Shown piece after piece: positions 42,691 through 52,962 of a DNA stretch of 64,000 bases. Every line of letters begins with the position of its first letter. Position 1 is the stretch's first letter. The DNA comes from Candidatus Latescibacterota bacterium (GTDB lineage: Bacteria > Latescibacterota > UBA2968 > UBA8231). A model generated the notes under the pieces. The model had not been told where the DNA came from, made no database searches, and saw nothing but the letters and a program-made list of their open reading frames with translations. The translations under genes and the position numbers were made by a program. The DNA is taken from positions 4,320,001-4,384,000 of the forward strand of contig OY730476.1 of assembly GCA_963422735.1 (NCBI GenBank), given 5' to 3'.

Positions 42691-43884
42691 TTGGTCAGAG
42701 GCAGAGTGTACTGGACGGACTTAGACTGTGGTAGGATCTTCCGGTCCAACCTCGATGGCCAAAACGTCGAATATGACTATATCCGATCCGGCTCTCCTAG
42801 GGATATTGTCCTCGACGTGGACCGGGGCAAGATTTACTGGACAGGCTGGATGGACGCGGGGACGATTCAGCGGGCAGACCTCAATGGAGAAAACATTGAA
42901 GTTCTGATCACCGGATTAAATCGTCCCGAGGGAATTGCCTTGCTAAACAGGGACAAGCTCTACTGGACGGACGAGGGAACAGGAGAAGAATACTGGGTAG
43001 CCTCAGAGACGGGGAAAATTCAGGCGGCGGACTTGGACGGCTCCAACGTCAAAGATGCCCTCACCGGCTTGAGCTATCCCAAGGGTATTGCCCTCGACGC
43101 AGTTAGGCGTAAGCTTACTGGACGGACACCGACACGGACCTAGCTGAGCGCATCATCCATAGAGCGGACTTAGACGGTGCAGATGTCGAAGATATAGTCA
43201 CAGGATTAGATCCCTTTAGCTCTGTAGAAATCGCTCTCGACTTAGACGCGGACAAGATCTACTGGACGGAGCAGCGCGCGGGGACGATTCAGCGGGCCGA
43301 CTTGGATGGCACTAATGTCGAAGGTATTTTCTCTCTCCCTGATATTGACTGGTGTTCCTTGGGAGCCTTCGCTCTGAATTTGGTCGGGAACAAGATATAC
43401 TGGGGGGGTTTGGCGTCTGCGCCCTCCATTGATTCAATTCATATTCCGTCACCAAGGTGGTTAGAACTCTTCCGTTCTAACCTAGATGGCTCGCAGGTCA
43501 AAGAAATCTATTCCGGGTTTTGGGTGGAGGGGTATTCACCAGCTCAAACGTCCATCGCTTTCTACATCTCCCACCCAACCTCGGTCTCAACGCCCGGCAC
43601 CACGCCGGCGATACCAACCACCAGCGGCTGGTCGCCCAATTATCCCAACCCCTTCAACGCCAGCACCCAGATCGCCTACCATTTAGCCACCCCCGGCCCA
43701 GTGCGGCTGACGATCTACAATACCTTGGGCCACCCCGTGCGGACGCTCGTGGAGCAGTTCCAGACCGCCGGCTTCTACCAAGTCCCCTGGGACGCCCGCG
43801 ACCAACCCGGTGCGAGGCGTCTATTTCGCCCGCCTGCACTATCCCGGCGGCGAGCAGACCCGACGATTGCTCTTGCTCAAGTAG
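42691..43884 (+). pseudogene. YWTD (LDL-receptor class B) repeat protein with FlgD/T9SS-type tail, truncated and frameshifted
   Basis: About 7 (K/R)xYWT(D/E/G)...(R/A)A(D/N)LDG repeats; frameshifts near 43116 and 43815; tail NYPNPFN...GVYFARL...LLLLK* ends at 43884. Confidence 0.75.
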
Positions 43885-43911
43885 CGGCTAGCCCCACGTC
43901 CATCGCCCGTC

Positions 43912-43940
43912 TTGACGCGACCTAGCAAAACGCATATCCT
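43912..43940 (+). promoter_or_regulatory. sigma70-like promoter for uvrC
   Basis: TTGACG-17 bp-TATCCT. Confidence 0.5.
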
Positions 43941-43973
43941 CGTTGAAATTATGTCAATCTGCATCCCTTTCTG

Positions 43974-45824
43974 ATGAAAAACCTCTCCGAAGATCTGCGC
44001 CTCAAACTCGCCGCCCTGCCCGCCGAATCCGGCGTCTATATTATGAAAAGGCGCGATGGGCAGATCATCTACATCGGCAAGGCCAAAAGCCTGCGCGACC
44101 GGGTGCGCTCGTACTTTCGCACGTCGGGCGGCGATGGCCGGCGTCAGTTCAAAGCCTTAGTTCGCAATATCGCCGATATCGACTACATCGTAACGAGCAG
44201 CGAGCAGGAGGCCCTCATCCTCGAAGCCACCCAGATCCATACGCACAAGCCGCGTTACAACATCCTGCTCAAAGACGACAAGAAATACCCTTATATCCGC
44301 ATCACAACCGAGCCTTTTCCCCGCATTTTCGCCACCCGCGACGTAGTCCGCGACGGCTCGCGCTACCTCGGCCCGTACAGCAATGTCCGCGCCATGCACA
44401 CCACCCTCGATATGCTGCGCAAGGTTTTCCCCATCCGCTCCTGCAACGCCCAGTTGCCCTCAGACAAGGTTCCGCTGTGCCTCGAATACCATATCAAGCG
44501 CTGCGAAGGCCCTTGCGAAAATCTCGTCTCGGCTGATGACTATCGCAAAACCGTCGAGCGGGCCGTGCGCTTTTTGCGCGGCCAGAACGCCGAAGTGATC
44601 CGCGAGCTGCAAAAGCGCATGGCCGAAGCCGCCGAGGCCATGCGCTACGAAAAAGCAGCCCGCTACCGCGACCAAATCCAAGCGTTAGAGTCCATGCGCG
44701 CACGTCAGAAGGTCGTCCTGGACGACCCGGTTGACCGCGACGTACTCGGCATGGCCCGCAGCGACGACGAAGCCTGTTGCAGCGTCCTCGAAATTCGCGA
44801 GGGCCGCCTGCTCGGCAAAAAGCACCACTTTCTCGGCGGGGTCATGGAGTCCTCAGACAGAGAAATCCTCTCGGCCTTTGCGCGACAATTCTATCTGCAA
44901 AACGACTTCGTCCCGCCCGAGATCCACCTGCCGGCCCAGCCGGCCGATGCCGACGCGGTGGCCGCTTGGCTATCGCAAAAGGCCAGCGGCAAGGTCGAGT
45001 TGGCAACCCCCCAGCGCGGTGCCAAGGCGCAGATGCTGGACATGGCCGCCAAGAACGCTGCCCAGATGCTCGCTGAACGCCAGCACAAGCGCGAGATGAA
45101 GCGCGACCTCATCCCCCAAGCGGTCTATGCCCTCCAGCGCGACTTGCAGCTAGCGGCCCCGCCCCGCCGCATCGAAGGCATCGACATCTCCACCTTCCAA
45201 GGTGCGCACCCGGTCGGCTCGGTGGTCTGCTTTATCGACGGCCGGGCCAAGCGCAGTCAGTACCGCTACTTCAAGATCCGCGACCTCGCCCAGCCCGACG
45301 ACTACGCCGCCATCCACCAAGTGGTCTATCGCCGCTTCCGCGGCCTTGCCGAGCGCAACGAGCCGCGGCCCGACTTGCTGCTCATCGACGGTGGGCCGGG
45401 CCAACTTGCCAGTGCGGTCGCCGCCCTGCGCGAGCTAGACATGATAGAACAACCCGTCGTCGGCCTCGCCAAGCGCTTTGAGGAAGTCTTCCTGCCAAGC
45501 CAGCGCGATCCCCTACTGCTGCCCAAGACCTCGGCCAGCCTGCGCCTGTTGCAGATGCTGCGCGACGAAGCCCACCGCTTCGCGCTCAAAAACCACCGCC
45601 AGCAACGCGCCAAGAGCGCACTCGGCTCAACCTTGGATCGCGTCCCCGGCATCGGCCCGCAAAAGCGCAAGGCCCTGCTCGTTGCCTTTGGCTCGGTCAA
45701 GCGCATCGCCGCCACGCCGGCCGAGGAAATCGCCGCCCTCCCCGGCTTCAGCCGCAAACAGGCCGACGCCTTGCTCGCTCAGCTCAACGGCCCGGATCAT
45801 GGCCCGCCCGAAATCCACTCCTGA
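43974..45824 (+). CDS. uvrC: excinuclease ABC subunit C
   Basis: GIY-YIG (GVY..IYIGKAKSLR), IEGIDIS, LIDGG, RDEAHRFA, HhH. Confidence 0.96.
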   Translation: MKNLSEDLRLKLAALPAESGVYIMKRRDGQIIYIGKAKSLRDRVRSYFRTSGGDGRRQFKALVRNIADIDYIVTSSEQEALILEATQIHTHKPRYNILLKDDKKYPYIRITTEPFPRIFATRDVVRDGSRYLGPYSNVRAMHTTLDMLRKVFPIRSCNAQLPSDKVPLCLEYHIKRCEGPCENLVSADDYRKTVERAVRFLRGQNAEVIRELQKRMAEAAEAMRYEKAARYRDQIQALESMRARQKVVLDDPVDRDVLGMARSDDEACCSVLEIREGRLLGKKHHFLGGVMESSDREILSAFARQFYLQNDFVPPEIHLPAQPADADAVAAWLSQKASGKVELATPQRGAKAQMLDMAAKNAAQMLAERQHKREMKRDLIPQAVYALQRDLQLAAPPRRIEGIDISTFQGAHPVGSVVCFIDGRAKRSQYRYFKIRDLAQPDDYAAIHQVVYRRFRGLAERNEPRPDLLLIDGGPGQLASAVAALRELDMIEQPVVGLAKRFEEVFLPSQRDPLLLPKTSASLRLLQMLRDEAHRFALKNHRQQRAKSALGSTLDRVPGIGPQKRKALLVAFGSVKRIAATPAEEIAALPGFSRKQADALLAQLNGPDHGPPEIHS

Positions 45825-46725
45825 ACGCCCGCTACCAGCGGCCCTGTCCATCCCTTGCGAGCACTTCCTCAAGGCCATGGAGCGCGACAATGGGCTGGCG
45901 GCCAATACCCTCGACGCCTATCGCCGCGACCTCAACCGCTATCTGCACCACCTGTCTGCCCAAGGCGTCGAGCGCGTAGAAGCCGTCCAACACCAGCACA
46001 TCGCCCACCTGCTCCACTCGCTCAGGGACGCCGGCCTGACCCCTTCGACTATGGCCCGCAACCTCACCTCGATAAAGTGCTTCCACCAGTATCTACTGCT
46101 CCAAGGCGCAACGACACACAACCCGGCCGAACTCCTCGATCCGCCCAAACTAGAGCGCCGCTTGCCCGATGTGCTGTCGGTAGAAGAAATCGCCGCCCTC
46201 CTCGTCGCGCCCGACCCCGACGAGCCGCTGGGCCAGCGCGACCGGGCCGTCCTCGCCGTGCTCTACGCCACTGGCATCCGCGTCTCCGAGCTGACCGCGC
46301 TGCAACAGACAGCCCTCCTGCTGGCGCGGGGCCTCGTCCGCATCTGCGGTCGGCGCGAGCGCATCGTGCCCATAGCAGCCAAAGACGTCCGCACGCTCAA
46401 ACGCTACCTGCGCCAAGGCCGCCCCTACCTCGCCCATCCCGACTCAAGCGACCATGTCTTTCTCAACGCCCAAGGTGGCCCGCTCTCGCGGATGAGCGTG
46501 TGGAAGATCATCAAAACCGCCGGCGACAAGGCTTGCATAGGCAAGGAAATCAGCCCCCGCACCCTGCGCCACTCCTTTGCCACGCATCTGTTAGAAGGCG
46601 GTGCCAACCTCCGCGCCGTGCAGGAGTTGTTGGGCCACGCCGACATCTCCACCACCCAGATCTATACGCACCTCGACCTCAGCTATCTCAAGGAGGTCCA
46701 CAAGACCTACCACCCCCGAGGCTAA
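45799..46725 (+). CDS. xerD: XerD-like tyrosine recombinase with altered catalytic residues
   Basis: NTLDAYRRDL, LYATGIRVSEL, RTLRHSFATH, LGHADISTTQIYTH. Confidence 0.8.
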   Translation: MARPKSTPERPLPAALSIPCEHFLKAMERDNGLAANTLDAYRRDLNRYLHHLSAQGVERVEAVQHQHIAHLLHSLRDAGLTPSTMARNLTSIKCFHQYLLLQGATTHNPAELLDPPKLERRLPDVLSVEEIAALLVAPDPDEPLGQRDRAVLAVLYATGIRVSELTALQQTALLLARGLVRICGRRERIVPIAAKDVRTLKRYLRQGRPYLAHPDSSDHVFLNAQGGPLSRMSVWKIIKTAGDKACIGKEISPRTLRHSFATHLLEGGANLRAVQELLGHADISTTQIYTHLDLSYLKEVHKTYHPRG

Positions 46726-47463
46726 ATGGAGCCTCAGCTAGTCGCCGCAGGACTCAACAAGCACTTCCCCTCCGGGGTCCAAGCCCTGCGCGATCTCAAT
46801 TTGGAAATTGGCCGCGGTCAATTCGTCTCCATCGTCGGCCCTTCCGGCTGCGGCAAATCCACCTTCCTCCGCCTCGTGGCTGGCCTCGACGCGCCCACAA
46901 GCGGCGAGCTGCGCGTGAATAGCCACGACCCGCTCGGCCTCGCCTTCGTCTTCCAAGACGCCACGCTGCTGCCTTGGCGACCGGTCGCGCACAACATCAC
47001 CCTCCCCTTAGAGCTGCGCCGCGAGGCCGACGACGAGCGCGTTGCCCAGACACTTGAACTGGTCGGCCTAACCGACTTTGCCGATGCGTACCCGGCCCAG
47101 CTCTCCGGCGGCATGCGCATGCGGGTCTCCATTGCCCGTGCGCTGGTGACCCGTCCCCAGATCCTGCTCCTCGACGAGCCTTTTGGCGCGCTCGACGAAA
47201 TCACCCGTCAGCGACTCAACGAGGAGTTGTTGCGCCTGTGGCAGGAAGACCGCTGGACTGGCCTCTTCGTCACGCACAGCGTCTCCGAAGCCATCTTTCT
47301 CAGCCAGCGGGTCCTCGTGCTGAGCGCGCGCCCCGGCCGCCTCCTCGGCGACATCCCCATCCCGTTTCCCTATCCGCGTCCGCCGGACCTGCGCAGCACC
47401 TCTGAATTCATCCGCATAGCCAACGAGATTTCGCGCCAGCTCGCCCACGCCGACGACCCATGA
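46726..47463 (+). CDS. NitT/TauT-family ABC ATP-binding protein
   Basis: GPSGCGKST, LSGGMRMR, DEPFGALD. Confidence 0.92.
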   Translation: MEPQLVAAGLNKHFPSGVQALRDLNLEIGRGQFVSIVGPSGCGKSTFLRLVAGLDAPTSGELRVNSHDPLGLAFVFQDATLLPWRPVAHNITLPLELRREADDERVAQTLELVGLTDFADAYPAQLSGGMRMRVSIARALVTRPQILLLDEPFGALDEITRQRLNEELLRLWQEDRWTGLFVTHSVSEAIFLSQRVLVLSARPGRLLGDIPIPFPYPRPPDLRSTSEFIRIANEISRQLAHADDP

Positions 47464-48242
47464 AACGACTGCGCTCCCTGACGACCAATACCCTGCCTCC
47501 GCTGCTGTTTTTCGCCTTGGTCCTGTGCGCTTGGCAAGGAGCGATCTCGCTCCTTGCCATCGAGCCTTTCCTGTTGCCCGGCCCCTTGCTCGTGGCCCAG
47601 GCCATCGCCGACAATTTGCCGCGCCTGCTGTCGGCTACCCTGCTGACGGCCTTGGGTGCCCTCTTGGGCTTTGTCCTTAGCTTTGCCTTTGGCTTCTTGG
47701 TCGCCTTACTGTTTTCCCAGTCGCGCCTCATCGAGCGCAGCCTCTACCCCTACGCGATCTTCTTGCAGACCATGCCCATTGTAGCCATCGCGCCCCTGAT
47801 CATCCTGTGGATCGGCTACGGTCTCCAAGGCGTGGTGGCTGTCTCCTTCATCATTGCTCTCTTCCCGGTCATCGCCAATACCACCGACGGCCTAGCGCGC
47901 GTCGATCCCCACATTCTCGACTTTTTCGCCCTCAACAAGGCCAACCGCTGGCAGGTGCTGTTCAAGCTCCGCGTCCCCGGTGCCGTACCCCAGATGCTCG
48001 TCGGTGCCCGCATCTCCAGCGGCCTGTCGGTCATCGGCGCGATTGTCGGCGAGTTTTTCGCCGGCTACGGCACCAAAGATTTTGGTCTCGGCTACTTGAT
48101 CATCCTCACTAACGGCCAAGCCAAGACCGACTATCTCTTCGCCTGCATTCTGTTTTGCACATTGCTCGGCTTGGGGCTGTTTACCGCCGTGGGCAGCGTG
48201 AGTACTTTCTTGCTCAGACGCTGGACGGGCGCATCCGAGTAA
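47460..48242 (+). CDS. NitT/TauT-family ABC permease
   Basis: PIVAIAPL, IGAIVGEF; multiple TM helices. Confidence 0.9.
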   Translation: MKRLRSLTTNTLPPLLFFALVLCAWQGAISLLAIEPFLLPGPLLVAQAIADNLPRLLSATLLTALGALLGFVLSFAFGFLVALLFSQSRLIERSLYPYAIFLQTMPIVAIAPLIILWIGYGLQGVVAVSFIIALFPVIANTTDGLARVDPHILDFFALNKANRWQVLFKLRVPGAVPQMLVGARISSGLSVIGAIVGEFFAGYGTKDFGLGYLIILTNGQAKTDYLFACILFCTLLGLGLFTAVGSVSTFLLRRWTGASE

Positions 48243-48258
48243 AAGAGAGGAACCATTC

Positions 48259-48948
48259 ATGTATAGCTTAAAGCAAATCATCTGTCTGGCGAACTCGCGG
48301 AAACTGAGAGGACGGTGCATCGCGGGTCGGGAATGGAGCGAGGAACAAGGAGCTGGCAGTTGGATTCGGCCCGTGAGCGCACGTGCAAACCAAGGAGTGT
48401 CTGAGTACGAGCGTCAATACAAAGATGGCAGCGATCCTCGGGTACTCGACATCATCAACATCCCAGTTCTAGAGCCACAGCCCAAGGGCTATCAGACCGA
48501 GAATTGGTTACTCGATCCGAACTGCTATTGGGAGAAGACCGGTACGCTTTCGCCACGTGAACTGCCTGAACTTGTGGATCCGATTGCTGCGTTATGGATT
48601 GACGGACAAAGCACCTACCATGGTCAGAACAACAAAATTTTGCTCGAATCAGCGGATCGGGTTGCTGATTCGTTGAGGCTAATCCACGTAAAACGGATGA
48701 ACCTTGCGGTATTCAAACACGGTGAAGCCTTCGGTAATCCCAAGCGACGAGTACAAGGACAATTCACCCACGCGGATACGGAGTATAAACTACAGGTCAC
48801 CGATCCTACATACGAGAGGGCATACCTAGCGAAGCCAGATGGTTCTTATAATATCGGCGAGTGCTACCTCACTATTAGCTTAGGGGAACCATTCAAGGGA
48901 ACATGTTACAAACTAATCGCTGCGATCATTTGGGCAGGCTCGCGATAG
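48259..48948 (+). CDS. dual OB-fold domain protein
   Basis: CLANSRK..GRCIAG, WIRPVS, QTENW, LQVTDP, LTISL, CYKLIAA. Confidence 0.7.
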   Translation: MYSLKQIICLANSRKLRGRCIAGREWSEEQGAGSWIRPVSARANQGVSEYERQYKDGSDPRVLDIINIPVLEPQPKGYQTENWLLDPNCYWEKTGTLSPRELPELVDPIAALWIDGQSTYHGQNNKILLESADRVADSLRLIHVKRMNLAVFKHGEAFGNPKRRVQGQFTHADTEYKLQVTDPTYERAYLAKPDGSYNIGECYLTISLGEPFKGTCYKLIAAIIWAGSR

Positions 48949-48952
48949 TGTC

Positions 48953-49579
48953 ATGAGTACGACCAACAGCCCCGTCCTTACCATCGGCCATTCCAACCAT
49001 GCTCTAGACTCCTTCATTGCGCTCCTACAACGGCATCACGTCACGGCCTTGGCCGATGTTCGCTCCGCGCCGTATAGCCGCTTCAATCCCCAATTTAATC
49101 GCGAACCGTTAGCCGGTAATCTCAAAAAACATGGGATCGAGTATGTATATCTGGGTCATGCGCTAGGCGGTCGCTCCGATGATCCTACCTGCTACGAGAA
49201 TGGGCGCGTCCGCTACGACCTCGTCGCCGCAACGGAGTTATTTCAAAACGGTTTGGATCGCGTCATTCGCGGCTCAGCGCATTACCGCATCGCGCTCTTT
49301 TGTGCAGAGCAGGAGCCTCTCGAATGCCATCGGACGCTCCTCGTCGCTCAGGCACTGAACGAGCGCAGGGTCGAGGTCTCGCATATTCATGCCGATGGCC
49401 GCCTGGAATTGCACAGCGAGGCCATGGATCGTTTACTCAACCTTTATCGACTTGGCGGTCTGTTCCGCGCAACGCAACCACGAGAAAAACTGGTCGCCGA
49501 GGCTATTGAGCTTCAGGCAAAACGGGTTGCCTTTGTGGACAAAAACCTAGCCACAACTTTCGAGGAATCAAACCCATGA
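48953..49579 (+). CDS. DUF488 family protein (long form)
   Basis: TIGHS, DVRSAPYSR, LGGR, CAEQEPLECHR. Confidence 0.88.
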   Translation: MSTTNSPVLTIGHSNHALDSFIALLQRHHVTALADVRSAPYSRFNPQFNREPLAGNLKKHGIEYVYLGHALGGRSDDPTCYENGRVRYDLVAATELFQNGLDRVIRGSAHYRIALFCAEQEPLECHRTLLVAQALNERRVEVSHIHADGRLELHSEAMDRLLNLYRLGGLFRATQPREKLVAEAIELQAKRVAFVDKNLATTFEESNP

Positions 49580-50013
49580 AACTTTTTACCATTGGTTTCA
49601 CCAAAAAGTCCGCCCGCCGTTTCTTTGACTTGCTGCACCAGTCGGGCACTAAGCGCGTCGTTGATGTGCGGCTCAACAACAGGTCGCAACTGGCCGGTTT
49701 CGCCAAGCAGGACGATCTCGCGTACTTTCTCAGCGAGCTTTGCGGAATAGAGTACGTTCACCTGCCGACGCTGGCCCCGACGAAGGAGATGCTAGACGAC
49801 TACAAAAAACGGCGCAGCGACTGGCAGACCTACGAGGACCGCTTCATCGCGCTCATGCGCCAGCGGCGGATTGAGGCGGCTATTCCGCAAGAGATCGTCG
49901 CCGACGGCTGCCTGCTGTGCAGCGAAGAAAAGCCGCACCACTGCCACCGTCGGCTCGTGACCGAGTACCTAAAACAGCATTGGGGCAACGTAGAGATCGC
50001 CCATCTCGGATGA
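49576..50013 (+). CDS. DUF488 family protein (short form)
   Basis: FTIGFTKKSA, DVRLNN.SQLAGFAK, LAPT, LLCSE.KP..CHR. Confidence 0.88.
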   Translation: MKLFTIGFTKKSARRFFDLLHQSGTKRVVDVRLNNRSQLAGFAKQDDLAYFLSELCGIEYVHLPTLAPTKEMLDDYKKRRSDWQTYEDRFIALMRQRRIEAAIPQEIVADGCLLCSEEKPHHCHRRLVTEYLKQHWGNVEIAHLG

Positions 50014-50051
50014 GGATTCGCAAACCAATTTTCTCAGTAAGACATCTTCTC

Positions 50052-51014
50052 ATGCTGCAAATCTACGCATTCTTAGCCGGCCTCTTCCTAACCGCCTGCG
50101 CCGCTGAAAAAGAAGCACCCACAGCCGACGCTCCCAAAGTCCAACTTGCACTCAACTGGTTTCCAGAAGCCGAACACGGCGGCTTGTACGCGGCTGCAGT
50201 CCACGGCTACTACGAGGAAAACGGCGTCGAGGTTGAAATCCTCGGCGGCGGCCCGGACGCGCCGGTCGTCCAGCGCGTGGCTACCGGCGCGGTTGATTTT
50301 GGCATAGTCAATGCCGACGACATTCTGTACGCCCGCGCCCAACAGATCCCGGTGGTCGCGCTCATGGCGTCCTATCAGATCAGCCCGCGCTGCATCATGG
50401 TCCACGAAAGCGCGGGCATCGACTCCATCTCCCAGATCCAAAACATTACCTTGGCCCTGTCGCAACGCCCGGCCTTCTCGCACTATCTGCGCTGGAAATA
50501 CCCATTTGAAGGCGTCGCGATCGTCCCCTATCCGGGCAATGTGGCCCAATTCCTCGCAGACGAAAATTTCGCCCAGCAGGGCTACGTCTTCAGCGAGCCT
50601 TTCGTCGCCAAGACCAAAGGGGGCGATCCCAAGGCCCTGCTCGTAGCCGACACCGGCTTCAACCCCTATGCCAGCGTGCTCATCACCACCGAAGAGCGCA
50701 TCGCCGCCGAGCCCGAGCTCGTTGGTGCCGTAGTCCGCGCCAGCGTCCAAGGCTGGGAGAAATACCTCGCCGAGCCCGAGGCGACCAACCGCCATATCAA
50801 CGGCCTCAATCCCGAGATGGGTATGGGCATTCTCGCCTATGGTGCCGCCGAATCCATCGACATGATTCTCGATCCGGTCGCCCAACAGAACGGCCTCGGC
50901 AGCATGACCCTACAGCGCTGGCAGGAGCTATTAGGGCAAATGGTGGCCGTTGGCCTGACCAAAGACGGCGTCGTCGATGCCGAAGGGGTCTTCACCAACC
51001 GCTTCTTGCCCTAG
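50052..51014 (+). CDS. NMT1/THI5-like ABC substrate-binding lipoprotein (start 50052 or 50010)
   Basis: Lipobox LTAC, LNWFPEAEHGG, GYVFSEP. Confidence 0.85.
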   Translation: MLQIYAFLAGLFLTACAAEKEAPTADAPKVQLALNWFPEAEHGGLYAAAVHGYYEENGVEVEILGGGPDAPVVQRVATGAVDFGIVNADDILYARAQQIPVVALMASYQISPRCIMVHESAGIDSISQIQNITLALSQRPAFSHYLRWKYPFEGVAIVPYPGNVAQFLADENFAQQGYVFSEPFVAKTKGGDPKALLVADTGFNPYASVLITTEERIAAEPELVGAVVRASVQGWEKYLAEPEATNRHINGLNPEMGMGILAYGAAESIDMILDPVAQQNGLGSMTLQRWQELLGQMVAVGLTKDGVVDAEGVFTNRFLP

Positions 51015-51018
51015 CTCC

Positions 51019-51819
51019 TTGGCCTTTTTGCAGGACATTTCGCTCGGCCGCTACATCGCGCTCGATTCGCCGATCCATCGCCTCGATCCGCGAACCAAGT
51101 TGGGGGCCGTTTTCGCGCTAACGCTGGTGGCTTTCGCAGCACCCAACGCGTACGCCCTGCTGACGCTCGCGGCTTTCCTGCTTTTGGCCACCGCTTTGGC
51201 TCGAGTGCCTTTGCACCTCATCCTGCGCCAGTTCAAAATCTTTGCTTGGCTCTTCCTGTTCACCTTTGGCCTCCACGCACTGATCACGCCTGGTCGGCCC
51301 GTCTTGCCGTTGCCCTTTTCCGAGCACGTACTGACCGCTGAGGGCCTGCGCTTGGGGGCCTTTTTCACTGCGCGACTAGCCGCGGCCATCGTCGCCGCCA
51401 CGCTCTTGACGCTCACGACCGCGCCGATGGAGATAACCAGCGGCTTGGAGCGCCTCTTCAGCCCCTTGCGCCGCTTTGGCTTTCCAGCCGATGACATGGC
51501 ATTGATGATCTCCATTGCCTTGCGGTTTATTCCCGTACTCCTCGACGAAGCCGAGCGCCTACGCAAAGCCCAACTAGCGCGCGGGGCCGACTTTAGCGGC
51601 CCTTTTCTGCGCCGCATCAAAAACCTCGTCCCCTTGCTCGTACCCCTCCTCGTCGCGGCCTGCGGTCGTGCCGATCGGCTCGCCTTGGCCATGGAGAGCC
51701 GCTGCTACGCCAGCGGGGCCGCGCGCACCCACTATCGCCCGCTTCGCTTTGGCCGCGCCGACGGTTTATCCGCCTTGGCCGCTCTAGGCTTGGTCGCGCT
51801 CGTGTACTATCTGCGTTAG
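51019..51819 (+). CDS. ecfT: ECF transporter T component
   Basis: SPIHRLDPRTK, ALRFIP, AQLARG, AMESRCY. Confidence 0.88.
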   Translation: MAFLQDISLGRYIALDSPIHRLDPRTKLGAVFALTLVAFAAPNAYALLTLAAFLLLATALARVPLHLILRQFKIFAWLFLFTFGLHALITPGRPVLPLPFSEHVLTAEGLRLGAFFTARLAAAIVAATLLTLTTAPMEITSGLERLFSPLRRFGFPADDMALMISIALRFIPVLLDEAERLRKAQLARGADFSGPFLRRIKNLVPLLVPLLVAACGRADRLALAMESRCYASGAARTHYRPLRFGRADGLSALAALGLVALVYYLR

Positions 51820-51823
51820 AGCG

Positions 51824-52591
51824 ATGCGGACTCTGCGCTTGGTAGTCGAATACGACGGCACCCACTTCGCCGGTTGGCAGAGCCAAAAGAGTGGCCGCAC
51901 CGTGCAAGACGCGCTCGAACAAGCTCTGCATATCCTACTCAAAGAGCCGATCCGCCTCATTGGCGCGGGCCGCACGGACGCCGGAACCCACGCCCTCGGG
52001 CAGGTGGCTCATTTCCAGACCGAGGGTGCGCTGCCCCCGGACCGGCTGCTCCGCAGCCTCAACGGCCTATTGCCCCCGGACCTGGCCGTGCGCGCCGCCG
52101 ACGAAGTCGCCGCGGACTTCCATGCCCGCTACAGTGCGACTCGCAAGCGCTATCGCTACCGCATTCACCAAGGCAAGGCGGCCGTCAACCGCACTCAGGT
52201 GTGGACCTATTATTCAGAGCTATCTTTGGCCCCCATGGCCGCGGCCGCTCGCTCGCTCTGCGGCGAACGTGCCTTTGGGGCCTTTTGCAAACAAGATCCC
52301 ATTCCCGAGCACCTGACCTGCCGAGTCTCCGACGCGGTCTGGTCCCAACGCGGCCCCGAGTTGATCTTTGAAATTGAGGCCAATCGCTTCCTTCGCCACA
52401 TGGTGCGGATTCTCGTCGGCACGATGGTCGAAATCGGCCGCGGTACGAGGGAACCGACAGCCATAGCCGACCTGCTCGCCAGCGACGACCGCACTGCGGC
52501 CGGCGCCACAGCCCCTGCGTGCGGCCTCTGTTTGCTGTGGGTGGCGTATCCTGATAGTCTGCGCGGCGAGCGCGGAAATGACGTAGCCTAA
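51824..52591 (+). CDS. truA: tRNA pseudouridine(38-40) synthase
   Basis: YDGTHFAGWQ, AGRTDAG.HA, FLRHMVR. Confidence 0.95.
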   Translation: MRTLRLVVEYDGTHFAGWQSQKSGRTVQDALEQALHILLKEPIRLIGAGRTDAGTHALGQVAHFQTEGALPPDRLLRSLNGLLPPDLAVRAADEVAADFHARYSATRKRYRYRIHQGKAAVNRTQVWTYYSELSLAPMAAAARSLCGERAFGAFCKQDPIPEHLTCRVSDAVWSQRGPELIFEIEANRFLRHMVRILVGTMVEIGRGTREPTAIADLLASDDRTAAGATAPACGLCLLWVAYPDSLRGERGNDVA

Positions 52592-52897
52592 ATGCACAAA
52601 AAATTCCAGCGGCGCATTGAAAATTTTACCTGCGGAAATTGTGGCTTCCCCGTGCAGGGCGATGGCTACACCAATCACTGCCCGGAATGCCTCTGGAGCC
52701 AACACGTCGATGTAAATCCAGGCGATCGCGCCGAGCACTGTTGCGGCTTGATGGAGCCGGTGGGGTTTATCGTCAAACGCGGCGATTATATCCTCGTCCA
52801 CCGCTGTACTGAGTGTGGCATTACCAAAAAGAATAAGGCCGCCAAAAACGACTGCTTTGATGCGATCTTGAGTCTGCGCGGCGAATTGCCGGACTAG
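52592..52897 (+). CDS. RNHCP-domain Zn-binding protein
   Basis: FTCGNCG, TNHCPECLWSQHVD..PGDR, HRC..CG. Confidence 0.85.
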   Translation: MHKKFQRRIENFTCGNCGFPVQGDGYTNHCPECLWSQHVDVNPGDRAEHCCGLMEPVGFIVKRGDYILVHRCTECGITKKNKAAKNDCFDAILSLRGELPD

Positions 52898-52962
52898 CGA
52901 CACTGCGAGACTGCTGTGCATGCTTGCAAGTATGTGTATGATTACTATATAATTATGTCGTT

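Noticed and set aside
45799-46725. Prophage or island integrase
   Set aside because: XerD-like sequence overlapping uvrC in a housekeeping operon; no phage genes or att repeats seen.
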